Under the pieces are notes generated by a model that saw only the letters and a list, made by a program, of their open reading frames with translations, did no database searches and was not told the DNA's origin. This document shows positions 19,301 to 27,880 of a stretch of DNA of 64,000 bases, piece after piece. Source of the DNA: Arenicellales bacterium (GTDB taxonomy: Bacteria > Pseudomonadota > Gammaproteobacteria > Arenicellales > JAHEKD01); NCBI GenBank assembly GCA_965204695.1, contig OZ242007.1, positions 451,859 to 515,858 on the forward strand, given 5' to 3'. Numbering within the stretch: the first letter of the stretch is position 1; every line of letters starts with the position of its first letter. The position numbers and the translations under genes were made by a program.

Positions 19301-19420
19301 AGGTTTCAGCTCTGCGCTGATTCCATAACAATCTATAAGTAGTTGACTGAGTTGATCGTCATTTAGTTTAGGCGGATCAGTTTGAAAAACCGGGTCAGTG
19401 GCTGATTTATTCTTGCTCAT
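16367..19420 (-). CDS. Tri-domain fusion: APH-type (hydroxylysine-kinase-like) phosphotransferase, M23 peptidase-like domain, and class III aminotransferase-fold (phospho-lyase-like) domain
   Basis: The N-terminal kinase motifs are '[13 protein letters not shown]' and 'IDYGD'. The central M23 motifs are 'HLGLD' and 'PHLHFQ'. The C-terminal PLP-enzyme motifs are '[10 protein letters not shown]', '[13 protein letters not shown]' and '[11 protein letters not shown]'. Confidence 0.75.
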   Translation of the reverse strand: MSKNKSATDPVFQTDPPKLNDDQLSQLLIDCYGISAELKPLVSERDQNVKVSSDSGDFVLKISNIAEDSNILDLQNTALGHLNRSGMKGLVPEVIEGTDEQSIQTITSEQGQHRVRLVSFLQGELYSEVNKSPDLLLSLGEYLGRLSKSLSSFGHPAAHRSEFLWNLDNAIQCKAYIDHIENQDNRQLIAELFERYEQHVLPKLKNLRCAVVHQDANDNNIIVNSEEKIVTGLIDYGDLCFGKQINELAVAMAYVLQGEDDLYAASQQIIKGYVKKFPLLEDELDILFDLIRMRLVMSVCISSFRAKDYQDNDYLLVSQKPAFDLLWRMQEINPGFITAVFRKAAGYSAIKDHEKIVDWLSSSENQPVNMFDIDLKRSPRRVLPLNNIVENSRAEHYQDLLTDEDKANSIAYLIGLYGEDRNVYTADQFASAISPEHRTMHLGLDIFIDAGEALYAPLPGRVYALDDNAVQLGFGPTIMLEHEAGDGRVKFYTLYGHLSHTAFDLLEQGQEVEAGQLIGHIGKFEVNGNWVPHLHFQIMTDMLGLRAGFNGVGEKSLWPVWSEICPDPNLITQLAPESFELLDDSDLLERRQRLLGPSLSISYRNKLNIVRGQGAYLFDQTGRQYLDCVNNICHVGHCHPHVVEALQQQAKVLNTNTRYLHRTILDFAERIAVTLPDPLSVVYFVNSGTEANELALRIARTATGVKDTIVLDWGYHGNSAAAVEISPYKFKRKGGFTKPEFVEIAEFPDPYRGPHKGMGQESGMAYAQSVAECVENIKQRTGHGPAAFIAESISGVGGQVVYPDGYLTAAYEAVRKEGGLCIADEVQCGFGRVGSNFWAFELQDVVPDIVVLGKPIGNGHPLAAVVTTQELANKFANGMEYFNSFGGNPVSTAVGMAVMDVIENEGLMQNALNTGSYLLNEFNELKQKHEVIGDVRGKGFFLGLELVKDRQTLEPATELASDIVNDLRENGVLFSTDGPYENVLKFKPPMVLFKNDADFLCSKLECSLQVFIGQFNP

Positions 19421-20205
19421 AGTTTTCCCAAAGTAATTTCTGGTCGCAAAATAGCCTGATAGTAAGATTCCAAGCTTACCTTTCGAATATCTTTGAGTTG
19501 CAAATCACTGTTTACTTTTCTCATCGATTCATCCGCACAAACATCTTTGATACCCTTGAATAAAGCATCTACCGTTTGATCATCAGTATGGATGGAGGTA
19601 ATTAATGGTAGACCCGGAGTTTTTTTTGTAGTGGCTAAAACCCGAGTTTTTTCTAGTACTTCTGGTTGATGTTGCAGCAACAAAGAATGCGTCACACAAT
19701 CTACTGCACAAATATCAGCGATTGATTGACCTACATTGAGAATACTTTGACGATGACCGCCTGATAAAATATTTTCTCCGAAAAATGAAATAGATAATCC
19801 TTGCTCAAGCAAGTTCATTCGAACAGCGTTAAAACCAGACTGTGAATCGGTGCCATTGTAGGTAAAACGGGCACCTTGATATTGCTGAATCGTATTACGT
19901 TGATCATCCGCTTGTACAATATAGAAACTACAATAATTTGGACCTTCACAACCCTGCGCTGAAAATACTGGTGTTCCAATCAGTTTCACTTGTGATTGCA
20001 AATGCGAAACCAGAGGAAACCCACAAGTTTGACTCAACAATAAATCTGGCCTTAACCAATATTCAAACAAGTCCTCTTGCGGCTGTGAAAGAGTTTCTGG
20101 TGCTGTAATGCCCTGCTTCATTAATTGGCTTCGGACAGCCGACCACCAAGCCTGCAAACTCTGTTGCATTTGAGGCAAGTCGTACATTGGATAAGAAGCA
20201 TCCAT
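19417..20205 (-). CDS. PhnD/SBP-like protein without an obvious signal peptide, translationally coupled to the tri-domain fusion
   Basis: An ATGA stop/start overlap lies at 19417-20. The assignment to the periplasmic-binding-like fold is a family-level impression only. Confidence 0.35.
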   Translation of the reverse strand: MDASYPMYDLPQMQQSLQAWWSAVRSQLMKQGITAPETLSQPQEDLFEYWLRPDLLLSQTCGFPLVSHLQSQVKLIGTPVFSAQGCEGPNYCSFYIVQADDQRNTIQQYQGARFTYNGTDSQSGFNAVRMNLLEQGLSISFFGENILSGGHRQSILNVGQSIADICAVDCVTHSLLLQHQPEVLEKTRVLATTKKTPGLPLITSIHTDDQTVDALFKGIKDVCADESMRKVNSDLQLKDIRKVSLESYYQAILRPEITLGKL

Positions 20206-20337
20206 GGCGCAAAAATAACAGAATTAGTGATAAATACCCAGAGATATAATTCATTTCTTAATGATCTTGGTAAATACCTTTAAGTTGAGTTGTTCCCGCC
20301 TGTGATGGGACTATTTTTAGAATTAATTTTGCTTTGA

Positions 20338-21417
20338 TTATGGCGGGAAATCTAACCCACCGATAATTACAGGTACAGGTACACTCTGATCCTCGGAAGG
20401 AAATAGCTGGCGATAAAGATTATGTCCCCAGCATTTAACATTGCTTGTGTCATCTAAAATACAGTTGTGGTTTATGCCAGCAGAGGCCGCCGCTGAGTGA
20501 GTTAGACTTTTAACATCCACGGGTAAATTTGAGTCATCAAAAGTGTCATTGCCTAACTGCCCAAATTCGTTGTCACCCCAACATTTGACATCTCTAAGTC
20601 GCGAAGATGGCTCTCCTATTACCGCACAGCTATGAAAACCACCCATAAAAACCTTTATGACTCTTTGGAAAGTTGTTAAATCTAAATTGCGAACGTTAAT
20701 TGGCCGATGGCTATTGACATTGGTACCGTTACCCAATTGGCCTTGCAAATTGTATCCCCAACATAAAACCGGATTAGAATTACCACTTCTTGATGCACAG
20801 GTGTGATAAAAACCTGCTGAAGCCGTTCTCACGTCAACAAGCACTCCGCCCAGCTTAATTGGTCTGGTTGACATTCTGGTAGTGTTATTGCCTAGCTGAC
20901 CAAATAAATTTCCTCCCCAGCAAGAAATTTGGCCTAGTGCAGTAACCTCACTCACATTAACACCGCAAGTATGAAAACTTCCTGTGGTTATATCTGTAAA
21001 ACGGTCCGCAACGCTTGTTCCAACAACTACAGGCACATTTGAATTTTCAGTTGTACCATCTCCTAACTGGCCAGAGCTGTTAACACCCCAGCATTTAGCT
21101 CTGCGATCCGATTCTACGACACAGGTATGAAAATATTTTGAATCAATGGCTATCGCATCATCAATACCAACAGCTTTAACTGGCAACTCTGAGTCTTCGG
21201 TTGTTCCGTCTCCAAGCTGGCCTAAATGATTATTCCCCCAACATTCAACCGTTCGATCAAACAAAATCGCACATTGATGATAACGCCCTACTGCAATAGC
21301 TGTAGCAAATGGAAGATTGGCAACAGTTTTGGGGGAACCGTCTAAATTTGACACCGGGATGCCGCCAAGCTCACTAACGTGTTTCCCCCAACATTTAACT
21401 TTGCCATTAGAAAGCAA
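20338..21417 (-). CDS. RCC1-repeat beta-propeller protein (repeat-bearing part of a frameshifted gene)
   Basis: About seven repeats of 'CWG.N..GQLG.GT' are present. The frame is open upstream to 21441 (..SGHSNNCALLSNGKVKCWG). Confidence 0.8.
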   Translation of the reverse strand: MLSNGKVKCWGKHVSELGGIPVSNLDGSPKTVANLPFATAIAVGRYHQCAILFDRTVECWGNNHLGQLGDGTTEDSELPVKAVGIDDAIAIDSKYFHTCVVESDRRAKCWGVNSSGQLGDGTTENSNVPVVVGTSVADRFTDITTGSFHTCGVNVSEVTALGQISCWGGNLFGQLGNNTTRMSTRPIKLGGVLVDVRTASAGFYHTCASRSGNSNPVLCWGYNLQGQLGNGTNVNSHRPINVRNLDLTTFQRVIKVFMGGFHSCAVIGEPSSRLRDVKCWGDNEFGQLGNDTFDDSNLPVDVKSLTHSAAASAGINHNCILDDTSNVKCWGHNLYRQLFPSEDQSVPVPVIIGGLDFPP

Positions 21418-21602
21418 GGCACAGTTGTTAGAATGACCGCTTTAATATCAATAACTATGACATTTTCCTGTTCATCAAATAGCAACAAAGAAAGAATCGG
21501 AACGATACTTGATTGATTAGCGCTAACACTGAGGTTAAAGTTCATTGCCACAGTGATAATGATTGGAATTAACTTTGTCAGTAAATTTTTCAGTACCACC
21601 AT
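21342..21602 (-). CDS. Signal-peptide-bearing N-terminal fragment of the same RCC1-repeat gene, in a different frame
   Basis: The hydrophobic leader is MVVLKNLLTKLIPIIITVAMNFNLSVSA. The fragment reads ..VIVIDIKA and then leaves the RCC1 frame at about 21436-21441. Adding one G restores 'IDIKAGHSNNCALL'. Confidence 0.65.
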   Translation of the reverse strand: MVVLKNLLTKLIPIIITVAMNFNLSVSANQSSIVPILSLLLFDEQENVIVIDIKAVILTTVPCFLMAKLNVGGNTLVSLAASRCQI

Positions 21603-21617
21603 GCTCAGATAATTTAT

Positions 21618-21875
21618 TTAGCCCATCAGTTTATTTAGAAAACTAAAAATAAGTTGTTTATACTGATGTGGATAAGCATGAGGGTTTTGCACATGCTCTG
21701 ATTTATCAAACAGATGTTCAGAGATTTTTCCACCTGAGTAACGCTTGAGGAAATCTTCTAAATCTGTGCGAATTGGAAACGGATCGTTTTTACTATTGAT
21801 GATTACTTTCAGCATCACAGAATAACTGTTGTTCATACTTGGAAAGACTCTCGATTGATGCTCCAAACCAACCAA
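21618..21875 (-). CDS. Hypothetical small protein; the first ATG gives about 72 aa
   Basis: This is an ORF only, with no recognised motif. It lies 15 nt upstream of the RCC1 gene on the same strand. Confidence 0.25.
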   Translation of the reverse strand: MVGLEHQSRVFPSMNNSYSVMLKVIINSKNDPFPIRTDLEDFLKRYSGGKISEHLFDKSEHVQNPHAYPHQYKQLIFSFLNKLMG

Positions 21876-22384
21876 AAATTGCGGTGTTGATAGCGATCCT
21901 CCTTTTTTATTATTCGCTGATGTTGAATCTTGAGGATATTGAATATTTTTTTATTTGTAAAAAAAGTAGATAAATTAATATAAATTCGAGCTCAATTGTT
22001 ATAGACGTATATTCAATTTCAAGAATTTACTCCAACTTATCACCATTGATTTAATCTTTTTCAAAAGTAGTTAACATAGAAACAAAGACGATTTTTAGGG
22101 GGGAAATGCAAAACTTCCAGATTTGGCCTGGGTTCGAATATTTATTTTTAGTTCGATATTGGTTTTCTACAAAAGGGATAAGAACAATCAGATAGAAACA
22201 TGACTGACCTTTTTACAATTATCTGTGAATTTATTAGCAGCAAATTAATGTCATTGTTATTATGTTTATTTCTTAATTATCAAGTCCCAAGTAATTTTGA
22301 ACTTAACAATAATACTAAGGTCTGTTTTTTATATGCGTTAAGAATAAAAATCGCTTTCACACTACACAAGTAGAGAATAACAAT

Positions 22385-22798
22385 ATGAATACTATTTCGA
22401 ATGCTTTAAAAGAAATCATTCAAGGCAACCCACTTTTTGAATTCGGCTTTCAAAATCAATTATTCAATCAAGCTCAATTCGCCCGTTATCTTAACCCTTT
22501 GATCAAAGCACGGCTGCAAAAAGAAGTCAGTGATAACGCGATCATGATGAATCTGTCACGCCTGCGTGAAAGCCTGATCAATAGCAATTTGGATGTTACC
22601 CAATACCGTATTGAAAAATTAACGTTGTTTTCTAAATTGGCAAAGTTTACTTATGCCAGAACGGATAAAACACTGCGGGACCTAGCTGTACTACATAGTT
22701 ATGTATCAGTCAAAAAAGGTTTTTTTCATATGTGTGATTGTGTAAACGAAATTACCGTATTTATTAATTCAAGCGATCAACCTAAATTAAAAAAATAG
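22385..22798 (+). CDS. Hypothetical protein, N-terminal part of a gene split at an A7 run
   Basis: The ORF ends in ..QPKLKK* within AAAAAAA (22789-22795). The adjacent frame continues without a stop into ORF 22882-23064. Confidence 0.5.
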   Translation: MNTISNALKEIIQGNPLFEFGFQNQLFNQAQFARYLNPLIKARLQKEVSDNAIMMNLSRLRESLINSNLDVTQYRIEKLTLFSKLAKFTYARTDKTLRDLAVLHSYVSVKKGFFHMCDCVNEITVFINSSDQPKLKK

Positions 22799-22881
22799 TT
22801 AAAGAAAAACCTCTTTATCAAAACCTTAAGGTTGCTTGCATAGGTATAAAATTTATTGAAGAGTATTCGGTCATCCCTGGA

Positions 22882-23064
22882 ATGCTTTATATGTTGTTTA
22901 TGCAGCACATCGCGTTACAGAATATCAGCCTGGCAGGCATTACCACTACCTATACCGAAGTTAATCTTTATTTCCATGAAAGAGATGCACGTTTAGCATT
23001 TGATACGCTATTTGACAGTTTCACTATTGAGAATACACAGGAGCCAATCACCATACCAAGTTGA
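22882..23064 (+). CDS. Hypothetical protein, C-terminal part of the split gene, possibly an ACT-like fold
   Basis: Its frame is open from 22786 (IKKIVKEKPLYQNLKVACIGIKFIEEYSVIPGMLYML...). There is no independent RBS. Confidence 0.4.
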   Translation: MLYMLFMQHIALQNISLAGITTTYTEVNLYFHERDARLAFDTLFDSFTIENTQEPITIPS

Positions 23065-23099
23065 ACTGTGTCATTCTTAGAAGATTCTTTACAACAACA

Positions 23100-24002
23100 C
23101 TATCTAATTTGTTTGACAATCCAGTCCCTTACTTTTATTGCTTCTGGACTGAGACTTTTTTCCTTAGGCCAAACTAAATAAAACGCTTTACCAGTATCGA
23201 AACTGTCCGGCACAACCTTGATCAACAGACCTGCATCAATTAATCGATCAACAATATGCTGCCAACCAAACGCGATTCCTTGACCTTCCAGAGTTGCTTG
23301 TATGACCAAAGCATAATCATTTAAGCGTAGACCTTCACCTTTATCGTAGAAATCGACTCTATTGGCAGCAAACCAATCTTTCCAACTCGTGCGTGGACGA
23401 AATGGTTCATCGAGATGAATTAATCGATGTTTCATCAAATCCTCGAGTTTCTGTGGCCGATCACGTGTGTTGAAATAATCATTTTTAGCCACAGCAAATA
23501 TCTGTTCACGCGCCAGCTCCGCACAATCATATTCGCTCCAATCACCTTCACCGTGGCGAATACCTAATGAAATTGATTCATCAATTAAATTCACGTCTTT
23601 ATCACTGGTTTGTAAACGCAAATCAATCTCTGGGTGGGTTCTTCTGAAAGCCATCATACGTGGTAACAGCCAATAACTGGCAAATGCAGTTGAACTGGAA
23701 ATTGTCACATGATTTTCACTTGCTCTTTGTTTTATAAATTCGATCCCTCGTTGAACAAAAGTAAATCCGGTGGAAACCTCCTGGAAAAGGCGTTCTCCTT
23801 CATCAGTTAATAAGACTTTTCGATGTTGCCGATGAAATAGTGGAACACCTAAATATTGTTCTAGTTGCTTAATAAAATAACTCACTGAAGCTTGAGTCAT
23901 ACCCAACTCTTGCCCGGTCTTGGTAAAGTTTCCGATTCGTGCAGCCACGGTAAACACCAACAAAGAGTTGCTGATAGGCAATAATAATTTAAGATTATGC
24001 AT
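23100..24002 (-). CDS. LysR-family transcriptional regulator, divergent from the mttB-like gene
   Basis: The N-terminal HTH is 'FTKTGQELGMTQASVSYFIKQLEQYLGVPLFHR'. The size is 300 aa. Confidence 0.9.
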   Translation of the reverse strand: MHNLKLLLPISNSLLVFTVAARIGNFTKTGQELGMTQASVSYFIKQLEQYLGVPLFHRQHRKVLLTDEGERLFQEVSTGFTFVQRGIEFIKQRASENHVTISSSTAFASYWLLPRMMAFRRTHPEIDLRLQTSDKDVNLIDESISLGIRHGEGDWSEYDCAELAREQIFAVAKNDYFNTRDRPQKLEDLMKHRLIHLDEPFRPRTSWKDWFAANRVDFYDKGEGLRLNDYALVIQATLEGQGIAFGWQHIVDRLIDAGLLIKVVPDSFDTGKAFYLVWPKEKSLSPEAIKVRDWIVKQIR

Positions 24003-24106
24003 AGAATAAATCTATCAAACTTATAAAATTTTAGCTAGATTACAAATAAATATTTATCAATTAACATTGAAATATCTAATGACACACGATTTTTGAGAAT
24101 AGCGAT

Positions 24107-25621
24107 ATGAGTCGAACAGCACGTTCCCGTAGAGAAGCCAGGCAACGCGATGTTGTTAAGGCTCCAGCCTATATTCAAAGAAAAATCCCATTTTACGAAT
24201 TTTTGGGCGAGGAAGGGTTAGTTAAGCTGGAGGAGCAAGCAGATTGGTTGATACAAGAAATAGGCATGGAGTTTCGAGATGATCCTAAGGCTCTTGAGAT
24301 ATGGAAAGCTGGAGGCGCTGATGTAAATGGAACCCGAGTTAAACTTGAAAAAGGAATGGCACGTGAGTTATGCAAAACTATTCCGCAAAAATTTACTCAG
24401 CTCGCTCGCAATCCTGACAAAAGTGTTGAGATTGGCGGCACATCACAAGTGTTTGCCCCGGTCTATGGTCCCCCATTTGTTAGAGATTTAGAGGGCGGCA
24501 GGCGCTATGGAACCATAAAAGATCACGAGAACCTCGTCAAAATCGCTTATAGTCTGCCCAGCCTTCATCACACTGGTTTGGTCATCTGCGAACCCTGTGA
24601 CGTACCAGTTTCCAAACGCCATTTCGACATGGTTTACAACCACATGCGCTATAACGATAAACCTTTCCTCGGCGCAATCACTGAAAAATCTCGTGCTCAG
24701 GATTCGGTAGACATGGCCCGAGTGTTATTCGGTGAAGAAGTTCTGCAGAACAACTGCGTGATCATGGGTAACGTCAATACCAACTCGCCCTTGCTAATTG
24801 ATCGCGTGGTTACCGAAGCCGCCCAGGTTTACTGTGGAGCAAGTCAAGGCTTGATTGTTGCTCCATTTATTTTGGGTGGAGCAATGGGCCCTGTGACAAC
24901 ATCTGCTTCCATCGCTCAGGCATTGGCAGAAGCCATGATGGTTGGCGCATTTACACAACTAGTACGACCTGGTGCTCCCTTTATTTTAGGAAACTTCCTG
25001 TCGTCCATGAGTTTAAAAAGTGGTGCCCCAACCTTTGGCATGCCAGAACCGGTAATGTCGAATTTAGTAATTGGACAACTAGCCCGACGTTTAGGTGTGC
25101 CACTTCGTTGTGGGGGCTCCTTAACAGCATCTAAATTGCCCGATGCTCAGGCAGCAGCAGAAAGTGCTGACTCGATGCTTTCGACAGCTCTTGGTGGTGC
25201 AAACTTTGTTTTGCATTCTGCCGGTTGGCTCGAAGGCGGATTAGTGACCGGTTATGAAAAACTGGTTTTAGATGCAGACAGACTAGGCGCCTATCAGGTT
25301 ATGCTGTCAGGATTACCGATGGATGAGAATGCCATGGCACGTTCAGCATACTCTGAAGTCGAACCGGCTGGCCATTTCCTGGGCTGCAGCCATACTATGG
25401 GTAATTATCAAACTGCTTTCTATGATGCCAAACTCTCTGACAGCGAAAGTTGTGAACAATGGGAAGAAAATGGCTCCAAAGATTCAGCAAAGCGTGCCTA
25501 TGAACGTTGGAATCAAATTCTAGACGAGTATGAATTACCACCAATGGATGAAGCCAAAAACGAAGAATTATTAGAATTCATCGCTAAACGTAAAGCCGAA
25601 ATCCCGGATGCGTGGTATTAA
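24107..25621 (+). CDS. MttB-superfamily methyltransferase (trimethylamine methyltransferase family, non-pyrrolysine type)
   Basis: The 504-aa continuous ORF has an MttB-like sequence throughout and no in-frame TAG. Confidence 0.75.
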   Translation: MSRTARSRREARQRDVVKAPAYIQRKIPFYEFLGEEGLVKLEEQADWLIQEIGMEFRDDPKALEIWKAGGADVNGTRVKLEKGMARELCKTIPQKFTQLARNPDKSVEIGGTSQVFAPVYGPPFVRDLEGGRRYGTIKDHENLVKIAYSLPSLHHTGLVICEPCDVPVSKRHFDMVYNHMRYNDKPFLGAITEKSRAQDSVDMARVLFGEEVLQNNCVIMGNVNTNSPLLIDRVVTEAAQVYCGASQGLIVAPFILGGAMGPVTTSASIAQALAEAMMVGAFTQLVRPGAPFILGNFLSSMSLKSGAPTFGMPEPVMSNLVIGQLARRLGVPLRCGGSLTASKLPDAQAAAESADSMLSTALGGANFVLHSAGWLEGGLVTGYEKLVLDADRLGAYQVMLSGLPMDENAMARSAYSEVEPAGHFLGCSHTMGNYQTAFYDAKLSDSESCEQWEENGSKDSAKRAYERWNQILDEYELPPMDEAKNEELLEFIAKRKAEIPDAWY

Positions 25622-26527
25622 TCAATTATTGTCTAATTGATGAATCTTCTTCAGCCGGTAATCCAACTTCCCGGGAGTGATACCCAAATCCTTAGCTGCA
25701 TTTGATAATTGTCCTTTACCTTTATTCTCGGTCATGGCTTCTTCTAAGTATATTTTTTCTAATCCTTGCAGATGTTTCCAAAGCTCGGACTTATCATTCC
25801 CAGAGTATAGGAAAAATGACAGATCTCTTTTAGCCCGCCAGGACGGAGAAAAAGGCATAAAAATAGAATAATCTAGAATTTTATTATTATTAGTCGCATA
25901 AAAGCATCCGAACAGGAATATTGTGGTCGTTATTGGGAGCAATACAGCTGCATTAACATTTTTCCCAATTGCCATTAACAGAAGAACTATTAGTGTACCT
26001 AGAAACAAAGGAAATAATGAAATTAAAAGTACTGCGGCCTTTGCTCTTAGGTAAGAAAGCTTTTTGCGATCATAAACAGCTTGGATAATATAATAGATCG
26101 ATAAAATCAGACAAACTACTGCATATAACTGAAAAATATAGTAGTAATCTCCTGGGATACGGGTATATCCGATACCACCTTCTTTAAACCCAGCAATTAT
26201 AAGATCACTAATAAATAACAAGCTTGATTGCATGACACCAAACGCAAAAATTAGATCAGGCAGCTTTGTATCAAGTTTTGCTAATGCTTTAATCACGACT
26301 AGAATCATTGCCAAGACCAAAATCAAGAAAACATAAAAAAGTTTAAAACCGATAATAGAATGAAGCATTCCAGATAATCCCATAAACTCAATCAGACTCA
26401 ATGCAAATAAAAAAACAAGTAACCAAATAAAAGCAGTTCCTACATTCCTCTTGTCGATTATTAATTTTATGGCAAGGAATACCTTCAAAATAAGAGCAGC
26501 CAGTGAAAAAATACTATATGCAAACAT
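25622..26527 (-). CDS. Paralog A: 7-TM membrane protein with a C-terminal Fis-type helix-turn-helix
   Basis: About seven hydrophobic helices are visible. The conserved motifs are 'TRIPGDYYYIFQLYA' and 'FFLYSGND'. The C-terminus 'LEKIYLEEAMTENKGKGQLSNAAKDLGITPGKLDYRLKKIHQL' follows the NtrC/Fis HTH pattern. Confidence 0.6.
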   Translation of the reverse strand: MFAYSIFSLAALILKVFLAIKLIIDKRNVGTAFIWLLVFLFALSLIEFMGLSGMLHSIIGFKLFYVFLILVLAMILVVIKALAKLDTKLPDLIFAFGVMQSSLLFISDLIIAGFKEGGIGYTRIPGDYYYIFQLYAVVCLILSIYYIIQAVYDRKKLSYLRAKAAVLLISLFPLFLGTLIVLLLMAIGKNVNAAVLLPITTTIFLFGCFYATNNNKILDYSIFMPFSPSWRAKRDLSFFLYSGNDKSELWKHLQGLEKIYLEEAMTENKGKGQLSNAAKDLGITPGKLDYRLKKIHQLDNN

Positions 26528-26951
26528 TTAAATCCCTAATCTGAAAATTATTCCCTTCATTAAAATTAATTTACAACATTACTATTTCGTTATTTATTGT
26601 GAATATTAGACTTAATTCCATCATCTTGTTGGTAAGAATTATATCTGATGGACGGCATCAAATTTTATAGTTTTCTGATGTCCTGGATACAAATTTACCA
26701 AACATTTTATACCACAAGTAAAACTTCTAGCTAGCAAAGTTATTCCTACCTGGATATGTTGAGCTACAACTCAAATGAAATTGAAGCCAATGATTGTTCA
26801 CAAATTAGAAGAACGTGAAATTACTCAATCATAATGTATATGAAGCTGAACTAAATATTAGGTGAGTAAGACTTATCTTATAGGGATGAAGTAAAAATGT
26901 GAGTTTAAAAAAAGATATAGAAAGCTGAGACTTCAGATGCCTGGTATTAAT

Positions 26952-27863
26952 TTACTTAACATCTAATTGATGGATAGTCTTTAAACGGTAATCAAGTTTT
27001 CCTGGGGTATAACCAAGTGTTTTAGCTGCTTTTGTAATTTTACCCTTATTCTTTTTTAGAGCATCTTCAATATACAATTTTTCTAACTCCAACAATTTAT
27101 CCTGTAAGTTGATCTGATCATTTCCAGCATAAAGAAAAAATAATAACTTGTTCTTTTTACGCCACGATAGTGTTCCCGGAATCAGAATAGAAAAATCAAT
27201 AATCCTGCTATTTGAACAAGCGTATATACAGCCACCTAAGAAAATAGTTGTAGCAATCGGAACAATCACCACAGCATTAACTCTAAAACCTAAAGCCATC
27301 AAAAATATAATAATTAATACTGACATGAGCAACGGCATTAACGAAATTAAAATTATTGAAGAACGCGCCCTTATTACATTGTTCCTTTCACTCAAAGTAA
27401 AAGTTTTTTTACATATTATATAAATACAACTTATCAACTCACAAATTGCAAAAAGTTGGAACAAAAAATAAAAATCACCTGGAACACGAGTAATCGTGGA
27501 ATGTAATATCTCCACATCGGCAATTATTAAATCGCTAAAAAAAATTAATACAGCGATTGCAAGGCCGAGGCTATGAACAAAATTCAAGATAACTAAACTT
27601 ATCTTCGTAACTTGCAACACCAAAACAGTAAATAATATGAGTGAAAGTATTGCTAATACATAATAGATCTTAAGTGTTAAAAGGTTTTTACCAATAATTG
27701 TAAACGTTAAAAACTCAACAAAATTCAGTAAAAAAAGCGTCGTAAGCAAAATAAATAATACCTGCTTGAGATCATTCTTCTGCTTTCTAGCCACAAAAAA
27801 TAAAAAATAACACTTCGCTAACAAGGCAATCAGAGAAGGTATTGCGACCACTGTTAGTTGCAA
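26952..27863 (-). CDS. Paralog B: 7-TM membrane protein with a C-terminal Fis-type HTH, in an operon with the KAS III-like gene
   Basis: It aligns with paralog C along its full length. Its TTG start has a GGAGG 7 nt upstream and lies 17 nt after the KAS III-like stop. The C-terminus reads 'LEKLYIEDALKKNKGKITKAAKTLGYTPGKLDYRLKTIHQL'. Confidence 0.6.
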   Translation of the reverse strand: MQLTVVAIPSLIALLAKCYFLFFVARKQKNDLKQVLFILLTTLFLLNFVEFLTFTIIGKNLLTLKIYYVLAILSLILFTVLVLQVTKISLVILNFVHSLGLAIAVLIFFSDLIIADVEILHSTITRVPGDFYFLFQLFAICELISCIYIICKKTFTLSERNNVIRARSSIILISLMPLLMSVLIIIFLMALGFRVNAVVIVPIATTIFLGGCIYACSNSRIIDFSILIPGTLSWRKKNKLLFFLYAGNDQINLQDKLLELEKLYIEDALKKNKGKITKAAKTLGYTPGKLDYRLKTIHQLDVK

Positions 27864-27880
27864 TTCAGCACCTCCAGTTA

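Noticed and set aside
22130-22139. GGGTTCGAAT, a tRNA T-arm-like string that could mark an att site or a tRNA fragment.
   Set aside because: Only about 10 nt match. There is no acceptor or anticodon arm around it, and no integrase or direct repeat nearby.
24107-25621. A possible pyrrolysine (in-frame TAG) in the MttB homologue.
   Set aside because: The ORF is continuous over 504 codons with no internal amber codon. No pyl genes are present in the window.
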